From the human T2T-CHM13v2.0 reference genome, Homo sapiens, in assembly GCF_009914755.1 (NCBI RefSeq), contig NC_060926.1: 64,000 bases of DNA. One strand, 5' to 3'. This document shows, in pieces, positions 42,214 to 57,251 of this stretch. Each line of letters starts with the position of its first letter. Position 1 is the first letter of the stretch. Under the pieces are notes generated by a model. It worked only from the letters and a program-made list of their open reading frames with translations, made no database searches and had not been told where the DNA came from. Position numbers and translations under genes: made by a program.

Positions 42214-44524
42214 TGGTGGAGCCGTGCCTGTTCTGTGACCTCAGGCAGTCCCTCAGTTGTCTGCACCACCGCTCCTTCATGGGGAATCCTCATTAGAGCT
42301 CTGCCCAGGTGCCCTAGCCTGGTGGCGGGGGTGGTCAAGGCCACCGTTTCCCCACAGAAAGTGTCTTGGGTGCCACCTGGTTGGAAGGGGAAGTTCTATG
42401 GGCAGCTTGTGCTCAGCAAGCCTGACGCTCTCAGTGTGTGTGGGGGGGGCGGGGAGGGTGAGGACAGGTGTCAGCGGCTCCCAGCCGGGGCCTTCAGGCT
42501 GGCTCAGCAGTGCTGCTCCTCTCCCAGCCAACCTTGCTTCCACTGCCCCCAGGATGCCTCCTCTCAAGCTCCCCTAGGACAGGCCACACCTGTTTCTGCC
42601 TCCTTCTTTGTCACAGGAATCATTAGCGGTGTGCCTTGCTCCTCACCCCAGACTAGGAGCCCCAAGGTTGGCTGATGGTGGTCATCTTAGGGTGTCCAGG
42701 GCAGTGCAGGGCTGGATGGCAGGTGCTCAGTGGGCACAGGAGAAAATGCAGCGGGACTGGCTCTCCTGGCCAGTGTGAATGGACAGGCTGTTGATTCTGT
42801 TGGAAGATGGCTGTTCTTGGTATTTGGAGATTTGCCATGTGGCTCTGAATGATCTCCCACCTTCTTCTAGCCTGACGTTGCAGGTTCTCTAACCCTCAAG
42901 GGCTATGGGCTCAGATTTCTTTAGCATTTGGCTTTCCTTGGGGACCCCTTATCCCCTCCTCCCACCTCTGAGCCTGTCTTGTCAGGGGGCCTCTGAGCCT
43001 TCGCCACAGCCTACAAAGCATCTTTGCTCTACTGCCAGAAATGGGAAGCCCAGAATCTTCTCTCCTCATGCCTGCTATGCCTCTTGGCATCCTGGCTGGG
43101 CCTGGCCCTGCAAACTGTGCAGGAGGCTGTTTGCCTGTGTGCACCCCCTCCTGAGACCTTCCCCCTCCAGTCACCCCCCTGGGACCAGAGCCTTCAGGAG
43201 GTAGGAGGCGTGGGCAATTTGGAGCATCCCCACTCTGGCGGTGGGCTGTGTAGACAGAATACGGTTGTGTCTCAGCTTGGATGCTGAACAGCTGGGTGAC
43301 CGAGCCTGTCACTTCACCTCTCTGGGGATCTGTGCTCGTCTGTGACAGGTGGTGACAGGTGGGAGGCAGGATGGTTGTCAGGTTCAGCAAAGGACCTCAT
43401 GGTGTGCTCTGAGCACGGTGCTTGCTCATAGCTTGTAGCAGGGATTACCTCCATTCAGACCAACAGCAATACCACTGCCAGGCTCAGATTTTCTGGGAGC
43501 TCAGTGGTTTAAGGAACTTCTTTCAAGGTAGTAGTTTCCTTCTGTGTATGTGGGTGGCAGCTGCTTCCTTGGTCTCTCAATAATCCAGCTCAGTTTGAAA
43601 TGGTGGTGAAAACCTTACGCCTCAGCCCAGGCAGGGGCTCAGCACCTCTCCCAGGGCCAGCACAATCCCACTTTATGATTCTTGGAAATTCCTCTCTGAG
43701 AAAAGGCAAAATTAATTGACCCTTGGGATGCCCTTGGCAGTGCTGGATTACATTTCAGCCCATCTGTGCAGGGGCCCAATATTCCAACTGGAAACTACAG
43801 CCTATCCTGAATGTGATCTTGACAAATAGGAAAGGGAAGTGGATTCTAGATAGGATTTCCGATTCACACAATTACAGTGAGCCATGGCTTTGGCTCCTGG
43901 CTGGGAAGACAATCAATTAGTTGCAGACTAACATGGGAGAGATTACACCCTGCATCTCTGAGCTTGGCCCTGCTGCAACCTGTGCATGGAGAGTGCAATT
44001 GCATCATATTTCCAAGACAGTTGTGACAGGGATTCGATTCTACTGTAGAGTGACGGCAAACACCTGCCAACACCCTTTCTCAGCCCCTATGACACTGGCA
44101 AGGATGCTGTGTCCTTAGGCCCTGCAATCAGCAGAGGAAGCACCAATAGCCAGGACACCACTCCACATCTTTAACCAGCAAGGGGACTTTCTACCTCTAT
44201 GAGAGCAAGAGTTCAACAAAATGTAGCCAATGCCTGTAGGTGATGCCATCCACACAAGTGACCTGGGGCCTCCAGCTTGACCTACAGCTGTCCAGGGCCC
44301 TACTTGTGTTATCCCCACCCCTGAAGGCTTAGTCAGCAATCTTTGCCTTTTATTAAAGGGTGGTTTGAAAGGAAGAACTGCAGCTCTCCCTACCCATTTC
44401 TTGCACAGTGTTAGATATTTTAAAAGCATTTTCCTTTGATCTTTCCAGCAATAAGCACCTTTGAGCTAGGTTAAAGATTTCAGCTTTGGAAGATGGGCAA
44501 GCTGGGACTCAGCAATGTTAAGAG

Positions 44525-45450
44525 CTTTTCAATTCAGTAAGTATTCCACCTGCCAGCTACTGCCCTAGGCACTGGGCAGAATAACACAAATCCCTGCCCT
44601 TGTAGAGCTTCGGTCTAGTAGGGAGGAGACACATTATCAACTATGGGCATTCTATAGTATGTTAGGAGGAGTTCATGTTTGAGAAATCCCAGCAGAGTAG
44701 GTGAGATTAGGGATTCTGGGTTGGGCAAGGGCTGGAGGCAGCTTGCAATTTTGTATAAGTAGTCAGAGCAAGCCTCCAAGCCAAGGTGATGTTAAGCAAA
44801 GGTTTGCAGGAGGCGAGGGAGTTAGCCATGGGGTTATCTGGGGGAAGAATGTTCCAGGCAGAGGGAACAACCCTGCAAAAGCCCCAAGATGGGCCATGCC
44901 TGAGTGCTCCAGGAAGAGCCAGGAGCCCAGCGTGGTTGGAACAGAGCGCTTGCAGGAAGAGCTGTAGCGGGGGCAAGGGAAGCCATGCTGTGGGGGGCTT
45001 TGAAGTCACCATGAAGACTTAGGCTTTTCCTCCAAAATGGGAGCCAGGGAGGGTTGGAGCAGAGGAGCATTATAATCAGGACTTTATTTTAAAAAGGTCA
45101 CATGACTGCTGTGTATGGAGGCAAGGGTGGGGCAGGTAGAATCCTTGGGTGGCTACTACAATAATCCAGGTGAGAGGTGGTGGTAGCTCATGCCAGGGCC
45201 TTAGCAGTGGAGGGATGTGGCCAGATTCTGGATATATTTTGCATAGTGAGCTCTCAAGATTTTCTGATCCATTAGAGCAGATGAGTCAACCATGACCTTA
45301 AAGGTTTTGACCTGAGTGATGGGAAGGATGGAGTGGAGTCAGGCAAGGTTCAGGCCAAGTGGGTGGGGGAAGATTGAGGAGCTGAAGTCCTGGGTGGTTG
45401 AGTTTGAGATGCCCATTTGATATCTACGCTGGACTTTTGAGTAGGTGATA
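44525..45450 (-). mobile_element. L2 LINE fragment
   Basis: atccctgcccttgtagagctt...gggaagaatgttccaggcagagggaaca...tttgagatgccc are antisense L2 motifs. Confidence 0.75.
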
Positions 45451-46107
45451 GACCAGGATTACCTGAGCATATTAGGAGCAGCTGGTAGGGGAATTAGGAT
45501 TTCTCTGATCTCTCTGTCCAAGCCTCTCTCTGCTACTCCATGGTGATTTTCTCTCTTCCAGTGGTTTTGAAAACTAGATAGTAGAAAGCAATTTATGTCA
45601 CAAATGTCATATTTGCTTTAGGATTTGAAAGCTAGAATTTCCCCAATTCCAGGGGCCTTTTCCTTAAATGCCTTGGTGGAGCTGGCAGTTCCCCCCGGTG
45701 GTGCACAAACCTTCGTGCAAATATCCATTTGGCATGTTCTGTGCAGGGATATGGGTGATCATGCCTCTTTCTCTCCCTTCAGAATGTGAGGTCCTAAAGG
45801 GAGGGCTGGCTCACTCATCTCTGGGCTTCCCATCAGGGCTCTTGGGGTGACCTATACCTGGAGAAGTTAGTGTGAGGCTGAGGTACACCAGGGCCTCCCA
45901 GGGACACCTGCCTTTACTGGGGAGTCTTGGACATCTTTTCCTATGGCTCTCCTTCTTTTGGTTTTCCTCTTTTTATGAATTGCTCATTCACAGTGTTTAC
46001 CCATTGAAAAAATTGGGTTGTTTGTCTTTTTCTTTTTGATTTGTGGGAATTCTTTATATATGTTGTCTACTAACTGTGTGTTATTAAGCAGCAAATATCT
46101 TCTCTCA

Positions 46108-46488
<381 letters not shown>

Positions 46489-47907
46489 TTACAAATTTTA
46501 CTGTAGTCAAGTTCATTAACCTTTTCCTTTATGACTTGTCCTTTTTGTGTTCCTCAAGAAATCCTTCTTCGTAGCCAGACCATAAAAGATGCTTACCCAT
46601 ATTTTTTCCTAAAGGTTTTACTTTTCATGTTTAGATTTTTATTTTAGTGCGAACTGATTTTTGTATGTGGTACAAAATGAAGATCTGCTTTTATATTTTC
46701 CTTTATGGAAACATCTGTCTCCACTATTTTATTTTTATTTTGTTAATTATTTTTTATTGTTATATAGATATAAATTAGGGCTTGCTACGTTGCTCAGGCA
46801 GGTCTCGAACTCCTGCCTCAAGAGATCCTCCTGCTTCACCTCAGGATTGCAGCCTGGAGCCACCGTGCTGCCCAGTCCTCACTATTTTTAATGCCAGCTC
46901 ACACATTGTTTCCACATATGTGTGGATATGTTTCTGGGCTTTTTATTCTGTTCCCCCTTCCTATTTGATGGTTCCTGGGTCAATACCACACTGCTTTAAT
47001 GATTATAGCTTTATTATAACTTCTGATATTTAATGGGATAAATATTCCTATCCACTTCTTTTTATTAAAAATTTTGCTGGTATTCTTGGCCCTTTGTTTC
47101 TCAGATATTTTTCAAAATCATCACTTTGTCAAGTGCCATGAAATAGGCTGTTGAATTTTTATTTGAATTGCATTTAATTTATAGCATAATTTTGGAAGAA
47201 CCAATATCTTTATGATGCTAAATCTCAAGAGGATGGTAAAACTACCTATGTATTTACATTTATTTTAAATTTTTTCAATGATTTCTTAGAACTTTTTCTA
47301 TAAAGGCATGGCTGCACTTGTGCAAATTGTGTATCTCAGTCTAGTGATGCCCCCTGGAGTTGTGCAGTGTACAAAGTTCATGGCTGCACAGGGCAACAAC
47401 GTGTACAAGTCTTGTACAAATTTCTTAACTTTATTCCTAAGTACTTATAATTTATATTGTTATTGGAAGTCGTACTTTCAAAAATTTTCATTTTAAAATG
47501 TAATGTTGCTGGCATGAGTGCACACACACACACACACCATCATCATCATCTTATATCCAGTGAACTTGCTAGACTCTTTTCTTTTAGATTTTTTTTTTGT
47601 GCATAAATCACATTATCTGCAAATAATAAAATACGTTTTTCTCTTTCTAATCCTTTTACTTTCTTTTCCCATTGCACTGGCTAAGACCTCGAGCACAATA
47701 GTAAATGAAGTAGTTATAGAGGATACTTTTGTCTTTGACTTCAAATAAGTTATGCTAGTGCTAAGTATGATTTTTTCACTGGATTTCGAGACACAGACTT
47801 TATCGAGTTAAAGAAGTTTGCTCTTATTCCTAGTACGTGAAGAGGTCTTTTCATTAAATTTCAAAAGTCTATTTATAGGGAAATAATAATAATAATTATT
47901 ATTAAGC

Positions 47908-48080
47908 AGTAGCTGGGATTACAGGCACCTGCCACCACACCCAGCTAATATTTTTATTTTTAGTAGAGATGGGGTTTCACCATGTTGGCCAGGCTGGTCT
48001 CAGACTCCTGACCTCAAGTGATCCAACCGCCTTGACCTCCCAAAGTACTGGGATTACAGGTGTGAGCCATTGTGCCCAGC
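47908..48080 (-). mobile_element. Partial Alu
   Basis: gtagctgggattacaggc...ctcccaaagtactgggattacaggtgtgagcc. Confidence 0.88.
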
Positions 48081-48499
48081 TGGAAATTATTATTTCATTC
48101 CCTTTCTTTAATTTTAACAATTGCAGTGGTGAATTGCATCAATATATTTTCTAATAGTAAATCAATCTTGCTTTCCTGGGAGCAACTTGATCATGATATA
48201 TTTTTGTATTTATTCATCACTGGACTTGGTTTGCTAATAATTTATTTATGATATAGGTATCTATGTTCATGAGTATAATTGGCCCATAATTTTCCCTGTT
48301 TGTATAGTATTATCCTTGTTTAGTTTTGCTCTCACAGTTACTCTAGACTTCTAGTGAGCTAACGTTCTATCTACGCATTGGAATAGTTTGTATAATGAAA
48401 TTATTTATTCCTTGACTGCTTTTTAGAACTCACCCTAAAGCCATCTGGCATCTGGGCTTGATTTCAATCTCTCTGTCTCTGTCTCTCTCTATAGATTTT

Positions 48500-48710
48500 T
48501 TAAGCTCAAGCAATCCTCTCGCCTCAGCCTCCCGAGTAGCTGGGACTACATGCATACACCATCATGCCTGGAAAATTTTTAAACATTTTTTGTAAAGATG
48601 GGTTCTTGTTATGTTGCCCAGGCTGGTCTTGATCTCCTGGCTCCAAGCAATGCTTCCATCTCAGCATCCCAAAGTGCTGGAAGTACAGGCATGAGCCACT
48701 GTACTCAGTC
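48500..48710 (-). mobile_element. Partial AluJ
   Basis: ctcaagcaatcctctcgcctcagcctcccgagtagctgggactaca...atgttgcccaggctggtc. Confidence 0.85.
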
Positions 48711-49548
48711 TGTTTTACATTTTTATTGAGTGGCTGCCATGAGCTGACTTTTTAAAAAATTAAGAACACAACAAGAAATATTTTCAAAGAAAGGAAATAT
48801 ATCCTCTCCCAAACTCGAGTAAGCCTTATGCTTTGATGACTCACAGCCCTGGGTCCCAAGGTTACTGCATCTTCTAGTTCTGGTTTCTTCAGCTCAAGGA
48901 ACACTTACTTGCATCTGGGGCTCTTCAAGAATTCTCTGGCTGAGAGGACTCTTGGCAATGGTGTATGTTGGGCCTGGTTCATCTGTGTGCCAGGAGGGAG
49001 ACTGAACCTCAGCATGCATGCCAGGAATTTTAGGGCAGGGATCCCCAATTTCCTCCTTTCCTGCATCATCATTTTCCCCCTTGCTATCGGCTCATTCCCA
49101 CCACATGCCAATGTGCTGCAGTTTCTCCTGTCTGGGAAACAGCCTTCTCTGATGCTGCCTCCTCCTCCAGACACTGCCAGGCATGGGGCATATTTGGAGC
49201 TGGAGCTGGCAGGGTGGCAGGTGGGTTGGTTGCCTTATAGAGAATGGTGTTGTGGCTGTCATTGGGACATTTTGTGTTTCCTCTTTGCTCTTTCGGGATC
49301 TGCAGGCTGCTCCAGGTGAAGCTGGAGTTCCTGAGCTGCGGGCAGGGGTGGAAAGGATCACAGCAGGGAAGGCCCAGGCTCTTCAGGCCATTTATTGCCC
49401 ATGAAAGACTCAGGGGAGCCTGGAGCGTGTTCTCACCTGGTCTCCAGATAGGACCTGCCTTCCCTGCTGCCGCCAAGACCTCTGGGGCCTGTGGGAAGTG
49501 GGGCTCACCTCCCAGGCACAGTGTTACCTCCTGGACCCAGAGGAGGTG

Positions 49549-49964
49549 TGTATTAGGCTGTTCTTGCATTGCTATAAAGAAATACCAGAGACTGGGTAAT
49601 TTATCAAGAAAAGAAGTCAGATTGGCTCATGGTGCTCTAGGCCATACAGGAAGCATGGCAGCGTCAGCTTCTGGGGAGGCCTCAGGAAGCTTCCAGTCAT
49701 GGTGCGAGGCAAAAGGAGGGCAGCCATGTTACAAAGCAGAGTGGGAGCAAGTGAGAGGGTGTGTGTGAGGTGCCTCACACTTTACACAACCAGATCGTGG
49801 GAGAACTCACTCATTATCTTGAGGGCAGCACTAAGGGAACGGTGCTAAACCACTCGTGAGAATCCATCCCCATGATCCAATCACCTCCCACCAGGCCCCA
49901 CCTCCACCGTGGGGATTGCAATTCAACTTGAGATGTGGGCAGGGACAACTATCCAACTCTATCA
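49549..49964 (-). mobile_element. MST (MSTA-like) MaLR solo LTR
   Basis: tgtattaggctgttcttgcattgctataaagaaatacc...atccaatcacctcccaccaggccccacctcc...ctatca. Perfect TSD AGGTG at 49544-49548 and 49965-49969. Confidence 0.9.
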
Positions 49965-51639
49965 AGGTGGTGATGCAGCCTAGGGGGCCCTTCTGGGTCA
50001 CTCCTTGGGCTTGGAGAGACTGAGCCATTGAGGGACGTCAAGTCCTAGATAATCTAGGATTGGCAGAGCAGGAAGGAGAGAGACTCAATGATGTTGACTT
50101 CCAGGGGCAGGTAGATGGGCCCTTACCACAGGCCATGGACAGCTGCTGTTCTGCTGACTGGCTGCGGCTCCGGGTTAGTCCCTGCCTTGTCAGCACCAAG
50201 GCTCCAGGCGTCTCCAGAGAGCCAGGGTTCGCTCCTGTTCCCCCGGTCAATAGGGCTCAGAAAGCCCAGGCCTCAGGCCCCCTTCTGAGCTGGGGGTGGT
50301 ACGCGGCAGGGACACTTTCCCAGACCCTGCCTGACCTCCCTATCACTGCAGTGTGGTCTCCTGGGCCTCACCTCCCTCCCTTGTCCCACAGAGATACCTC
50401 CTGCAAGAAGCCAGAAGAGCAAAGAAGGCCGTGTGTGTAAAGAGCCCAGTGCTGGTAAGCACTTGTAAGCATGGCTCCCAATCCTGTGCCTCTGCCTGAG
50501 ATGGTGGTGAGGCCGGCCCTGGGCCTCGGTTTAATCATTTGCTAATCACAGTGAATAATTCAGGTTCTCTTAACCTCCCAGGACTACTGAGAGAAACACA
50601 TGGAAAAGTGAAAAATGCGTAATCCAGACCCAGGGCCAGCTTGGCCCCCAACCAAGGCATTTCTCCTCTGCCACCTGCTAAGCCCTGGGATCCACTGCCC
50701 TCTTTACTGGGATGACTGCCTTTGGCTGTTAAGGGCTGGCACTTGAGTCGCCTCCCCCTGAGGAGCTCCCAGCCCATCTGCTCCAGACAGGACTGGCACA
50801 GGCTCTCCCCTGTCGCTGCAGCCTCATGCCCCCGCCACCCCAAAGCTTATCATGTTCTTCTTTGCCTCCTTATCTGTCCTCCTGGGCAAGAATGAGGTCT
50901 AATTCAGGCCTGAATCCTTGGATTCAGCAAGAATTTTTAAACAAATGGATGCACAAATAGCTGGGTGAGAGCCAGTGAGCTGTGAGCAGAGCCCAGCTCA
51001 GGGAGGGGCAGTGGAGCCACACTCAGGGCTGGCAGGCCCTCACTGGGTGTGAAGATGCCCTGGGTTTCCAAGTTTCCAATCACGCTGGTGTTTAGCCAAG
51101 GGCGACCCCAAAAGAAGCCCCAGCCCTGAAGAAAGATGGGTCCTGAGGCCACACTCAACATCCCTGCCCTGCACTGGGCTCCTCTCTTGGGTATCCTCTT
51201 TCTAAGCAGCAACATCTGGCATGGACTGAAAGTTGAATTGTGAAAATGAAAATGCCTCTCTATTGGTTTTATGATCATCCCTTGTGTAAGTCACATTACG
51301 AGAGCTGCTTTTGGCGTGGTCTCTAATTCCTCACCACTTCTTTGTCTTGCATCCTGCTCCATGGCCTTCCTCCCAAGCCATTCTACCGATGACCCTGGCC
51401 TTGAACCCTCACATTGTCAAATCCACACTCCCCACTCCCTCAGCAGCATCACCCTGGGTGACGACACACGTAGCCTTCCTAAGGCCTTTGTGACCCCATT
51501 CTGTGTGGCTTACCCCTTCCTTCTCAGACTCGGTGAGACTTGTTCCATCTTCCCAAGGTTCCCGAACTCTGTGGGCCCTCGTCTTATCTCCCCGGCCAGC
51601 CCATCCATCACGTGACCTCCAGCACTGTGGCCTGTGTGT

Positions 51640-52070
51640 GCCAGGCCCTCCAAGGAGCTCAGGTACTACCTGATCCCATGACTTGGATGTCCAAGAAATC
51701 TCTCAAACTTGACGTGCCCCAAACTTAATCACTAATTTTTCCCTTGAAATCTGTTCTCTCCCAGTCTTTCTCAAGTCTGTGTGAGCCACCTCTGTCCACC
51801 CAGTTTCTCAATGATGAATCTTAGAAATTGTCCTGCTTCCTCTTATTCCCTCACTCTCTGCATCCAGCTCATCAGCAAGTCCCACTGGTTCTGCTTTCAC
51901 ATGTACCCCCAATCTGTCCACGTCTCCCTACTTATTGCCTGGGTCCCCCATGAGATGTAAGCTCCCTTAAGTGCAGGGACTTTGTTTTGCTCACTATTAT
52001 GGATCGGACCCAGGACCTGGCCAAGTGCCCACTGCCAGTGAGTTCTAAGTTCCCCGTTGTTGAATGAATG
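51640..52070 (+). mobile_element. L2 fragments
   Basis: acttggatgtccaagaaatctctcaaacttgacgtgccccaaact...tgtaagctccc...ttgaatgaatga. Confidence 0.55.
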
Positions 52071-53060
52071 ACCGAGTTTCATTTCCTCTAGCAAGGAGCC
52101 CTGCAGAGTGGGACTGGGCCCCACTTCCTCTTGGGGTGAGTTATGTCTAAACTAAATGGTGCCCTTCCCTTCCCTTGCCTCCCCTGTCTCAGCACAGGGC
52201 ACCCCACACCCAGGATTTCTTCTCAGCCCAGTCCCCTCCTTCCATACTCATCTCCTGTGTGGGTCACCTGCCTCTGGTTTCTCGGCTCTACCAGCTTTTT
52301 CCATCTCTGCTGACATTGCCCTGGTCCCCATGTGTCATTTCTCACCTGAATAGATTACTTTGCTTCTCTAATCCCCTCTCCACAAAGCAGGGTTTATGTG
52401 ATCTTTTCAAAACTCAAATCGGATCACGTCACTTTCCTACTTAGAACTCTTCAATCTTCTCCTGAGGCCTGATGGTAAAATCCCACATCAGACACGGCAC
52501 TGCTTACTGTGCTCTCAAGACACCCCCTGTGTCTCCCACATCCATCCCTGCTTGGCTGGCTCACGTCAGTCTCACCTTGCTGGGCCCTCAGACCAGCTAG
52601 GGACCCACTGCTGCCCAGTCCCGGGGGAGCTGCTTCTCCGATGCCTGTGGCCGCGTTGAAGAGCTGTGCCTGTGATTTTGTTATTTGTTTGAGGTGCCGC
52701 CAGGCAGTCAGTCTCCTTGTATTCCAGTCCACGTAATTATCGATGCTTCCCAGGTTCTGCCCTTCAGCCTCGACCTCTCCCTGGGCCCTCGGCCTGGTTA
52801 CCTGACTGTCCACTTGAGAGCTCAGCAGGGATGTCCAGCAGGTATCACAAATGGAACATTCCTGAACACCTGACTCCTGCTCCCTGCCCATGCCCAGCCA
52901 CGTCTGCTCCTCCCACAGCCGGTGCCAGCCCAGGCACCCCAACATACCCCGTCCTCACACTTGTAGTCAGTTTTCACCTGCTGGTTCCACCTTTCAAACA
53001 TACCCTGAGTCCCAGGGGCCTTCTAAGCACATTTGACACCCAGAGGTTATAACTTTTTCT

Positions 53061-53351
53061 TTTTCTTTTTTGTGAGATGGAGTCTTGCTCTGTTGCCAGG
53101 CTGGAGTGCAGTGGTGAGATCTTGGCTCACTGCAGCCTCGTCTCCCTCATTCAAGTGAGTCGCCTGCCTCAGCATCCCGAGTAGCTGGGATTACAGGCAC
53201 CCACCACAACACCCAGCTAATTTTTGTATTTTTAGTAGAGACAGGGTTTCACCGTGTTGGCCAGGCTGGTCTCGAACTCCTGACCTCGTGATTTGCCCGC
53301 TTCCGCCTCCCAAAGTGTTGGGATTACAGGCGTGAGCCGACGCTCCCGGCC
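53061..53351 (-). mobile_element. Alu (AluSc-like)
   Basis: 16-bp TSD ggttataactttttct at 53045-53060 and 53352-53367. Confidence 0.95.
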
Positions 53352-53378
53352 GGTTATAACTTTTTCTAACAACCCCTG

Positions 53379-53710
53379 TGCCATGGACTGAAGGCTTGTA
53401 TCCTCCCGAAATTCATGTGTTGAATAACCCTAAGCCCCAAGTTGTTGGCATTAGGAGTGGGGCCTCTGGGTGAGATTAGGTCACGAGGGAGGAGCCCCGC
53501 TGTGGGATTCCTGCCTTTTAAAACAAGAAGAGATACCAGATTTCTCTCTCTTCTTTCTGCATGAAGCAAGGAAAGGTCAGGTGAGGACCCCGACCACGCT
53601 GCCACCTTCATCTCGGACTTCTGGCTTCCAGAGCACAAGGAGGGAGTGTTTGCTGTTTAAGCCATCCAGTCTATGGTACTTTGTTACAGCAGCCTAAACT
53701 GACCAAGACA
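53379..53710 (+). mobile_element. MLT1A-like LTR
   Basis: tgccatggactgaa...aaattcatgtgttgaa...gtttaagccatccagtctatggtactttgttacagcagcctaaactgaccaagaca. Confidence 0.8.
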
Positions 53711-53828
53711 TCCCTCTTCTGTATGGCAGAATTATTATCAGTCATAGTCAAGAGATAAAACTTATAATCATGTCCAGAAAAAAAAATGCAGAGTGTAAAG
53801 TGTCTTAAATTGAACTTTGTATGTATAA

Positions 53829-54172
<344 letters not shown>

Positions 54173-54344
54173 TTAAAATCAGTAATATTTCATGTATGAA
54201 CTAATATGTATATTTGTCAAACAAAAAATGTTATACCTTGAAGTTCACAGTTTTATCACTTTACATATTTTAAACACAAATAAACATCCCAAGTGGTCCC
54301 ATAGACTGACAGAGTTGAAGTAACTGATGTTCTGTTTCCTCGTC

Positions 54345-54611
54345 TTTATTTTGTTTTGGGTTTTTTTTTTTTTTTGAGACAGGGTCTTCCTCTGTTGTCC
54401 AGGCTGGAGTGCAGTGGTGCAGTCATAGCTCACTGCAGCCTCAAATTCCTAGACTCAAGTGATTCTTCTACCTCAGCCTCCGCTACCATACCTGGATAAT
54501 TTTTATTTTTATTTTTGTAGAGATGATGTCTTACTGTATTGCCCAGGCTGAATTCCCACCTCAGCCTCCCAAAGCGTTGAGATTATAGTCATGAACCACC
54601 GTGTCCGGCCT
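54345..54611 (-). mobile_element. Degenerate AluJ
   Basis: gagacagggtctt...gtgcagtggtgcagtcatagctcactgcagcctc. Confidence 0.8.
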
Positions 54612-55274
54612 TCCCTTGTCTTCATAATTGTGCTGTTAATGTTTATTGTAAATGTCCCGTTTACTTGAAGGGGTTGGACACCTGATTTGGCCCATGGTGG
54701 CTGGTGTGATTCTGAAACCCGTGAACTTCGATGAGAGCTGGTGCCCATGTGGGACCACCCGAGCAGCTGGGAGCCCTCTGAATTAATGTGTATGTAGAAC
54801 ACAATGCTGACGAGAGGAAAAGTGACAGAGGTACAAGCTTGAGGTTCACACACGTGTTATTAGAACTCAACAGTGACTGCAGCAGTGGTAGAAATAAGAT
54901 AAACAGAACAGTTTTTGCAGGAGTAGTATTTTATCAATGAATATATTATTGTCTGCACATGGTGATGTTATGAAGCCATCAACTTTTCATCAGTGTCATT
55001 GGTGGTGTTAAATTCACTGTGGGATGTGTACCCCTTACCGCCTTCACCTAGGCAGGCCGTCTCTGCACCCTCCCTCGGTGCCTGCCTGTGGGATCTGACC
55101 CCTTCTCACCATCTTCCCTGCTGCCGCGATGGCCCCAGCCCCCACGATGCCTCCCCGGGATTCCTGTCATTGTCACTGTAGTGGGATGAATTGTGATTCC
55201 CCTCCAAACATTCATATGGTGAAGTCTGCACCCCAGGACCTCAGAATGTGACTGTATTTGGAGATAGGGGCTTT

Positions 55275-57251
55275 TTTTTGTGTGTGATCACAAAGAGGCC
55301 ACATTTTTTTTAATTGACAACTCAATCTCTACATACATACAGTACTGCACGAATTATAAGTGGATCAACAATTATATTATTGATACAAACTCATGAGCAT
55401 TTACATAAAACTACCACTCTAGGTTTTGGTGTGTTTTGTGCCAGCTACTTTAGTGAATAAACGAAACATAAAGGAACTCAGCTACTTGAATTCATGAGAA
55501 TTAGCTTTCAGAAAAAGCATATATATCATCTCATAGAATACTTATTATGTCAAACCCAGGAAAATCAGTAACTAAGTGACAAAAGGAACACTTTTAAGGA
55601 AAAGTTGGTGATAAATATGTTAGGCTAAAATACTAAGAACTTTAGCAACTGGACCAAGGAACCAGAAAGTGTATGCACACTGGGAATTTTAACAAAAGAT
55701 CCCCACATTCTCCTGTACAGTGAGGACCACATTCCAAAAGCATATCTGGGTTGCTACAATGTCGTCTCTGCTACAAACCATTGTTTCAAAGGTGAAAGAA
55801 ACAAGATGGTAATTCACATATAAAGGTTTTAAAATTCTTCCCACTCAAAATAAAATAAAAATAATATAATCTCTATCAAATTATAAAGAAATTCTATCAA
55901 AATGTTGACCACATAAAGAAGTCAGACCATTTGCCTTCACTGACTGCCTCAGAGGGCAGAACATGTGTCACCTACAAGGAAGGGGAGAGGGGGGTAGAGT
56001 CCCTACTCTCCCCCGGCCTGTGGAGTCAGGGTAGAGAGGAGCCCTTTGGCTTCCCTGGGGTTTTGCTTCCTCACATAGGGAATTGAGGGAGGTGGGCTAG
56101 ATGGCTTTAAGAGACTCCTCAACTAAAAGAATCAAAGTCAGCTTGAGATCCCATCTCTGAACAGACATATAGGGTGGCAAAAGAAATGGATTAAAAAAAA
56201 GGTGGATGACGTCTTTCTCACCTTTTGATACCATCACTCAGAACTAATCTGTACTATAGTTGAAGAAAATCTTTGCCTGGTATTATTAAAGGGTATGCAG
56301 TGAGGCAGCTGAAAATGAAATTTTTCATAAAAATGTATAAAAAGGCTATGTTAAGTTTGGGTGGAAAAACAATGCACCGCCACATTACTACCAGCAGTCA
56401 GGATGTCCTGTCTTGGATTTTAGGCGTCGCCGATCTGGTTGGGAGAAATGCTGAGGGATGTTCAAGCCATTCAATAGCGATCTAAGGAGTGCACACAGTT
56501 GAGGAAATGGATAAACAAGTGCCCAGGAAGGCAACTTTAATGAAACTGGTTCTAAAATAAAGGATGCAAGAGACCTAAATGATCCAAAGAGAGTGATGGC
56601 TTCTCATTTTCTGTCCCCTATAGAGAATATAAATATCATTTCTTCTAGAATCCGTTACACTGGCTTCATTTTCAAGATGTATCACTTTATTTTCCAGCAC
56701 GTGACAGTCACATGATTTCTGCATTGAACCCCAAAGCTTCCACCAGCTTTCCTGGAACCTACGGCCAGAAGAGTCCTGAGATTTCAAATATTAAAGCTTT
56801 CTCCACAGCCACAAGTCCCTTTGATGTTTGGGTTACTGAACACAAACTCACTGGATAATTTGTCTTCAACATAGCACATTTCTGTTCCTCAAAGTGTTAG
56901 CTGTGCTTTCTTTTCGATGAGCACTCTGACTCCATCTTGAATAACTTCTTCTTCAGAATCTCCTTTTGTCTTTGTATATTCTAGAGTATAAGAAAGGCCA
57001 TTACAGCCCCTGGTTCGGACACCAACTTTTACACCTACATGCTCAGGCTTATCTTTAAGAAGTTGTTTTATCTTGTTTACTGCTGAAGGTGTCAGGGTGA
57101 GGGCTGCCCGGGTGGGCTGCAGCTTCCTCTTGCTCACAGCCCGGACAGTTGCCCGGACTAAGGAAGCCGACATCTTCGCCGTCCCGATGCCCCGGTGCCT
57201 CGGGCCGGAGGTCGGCCGCCTCAGCCTCTCTCCATGGACACGGCGGGCGCA
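55275..57251 (-). pseudogene. ISCA1P: Processed pseudogene of ISCA1 (iron-sulfur cluster assembly 1): 5' UTR, intronless CDS, ~1.5-kb 3' UTR, poly(A) remnant
   Basis: ORF MSASLVRATVRAVSKRKLQPTRAALTLTPSAV...RGCNGLSY, no introns. ATTAAA on the minus strand (55309-55314), short A-tail, and a 17-bp TSD ttggagataggggcttt at 55258-55274 and 57252-57268. Pseudogene number not assignable from sequence. Confidence 0.97.
56784..57173 (-). pseudogene. ISCA1P: Disabled ISCA1 reading frame (390 nt, in-frame TGA at codon 95)
   Basis: After ...KKAQLTL*, the same frame continues GTEMCYVEDKLSSEFVFSNPNIKGTCGCGESFNI* and ends at 56784. Confidence 0.95.

Noticed and set aside
56889-57173. Functional ISCA1 gene
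   Set aside because: It is intronless with TSD and poly(A) remnant, and the nonsense codon removes the CGC motif. The TGA-G context is not a typical readthrough context.
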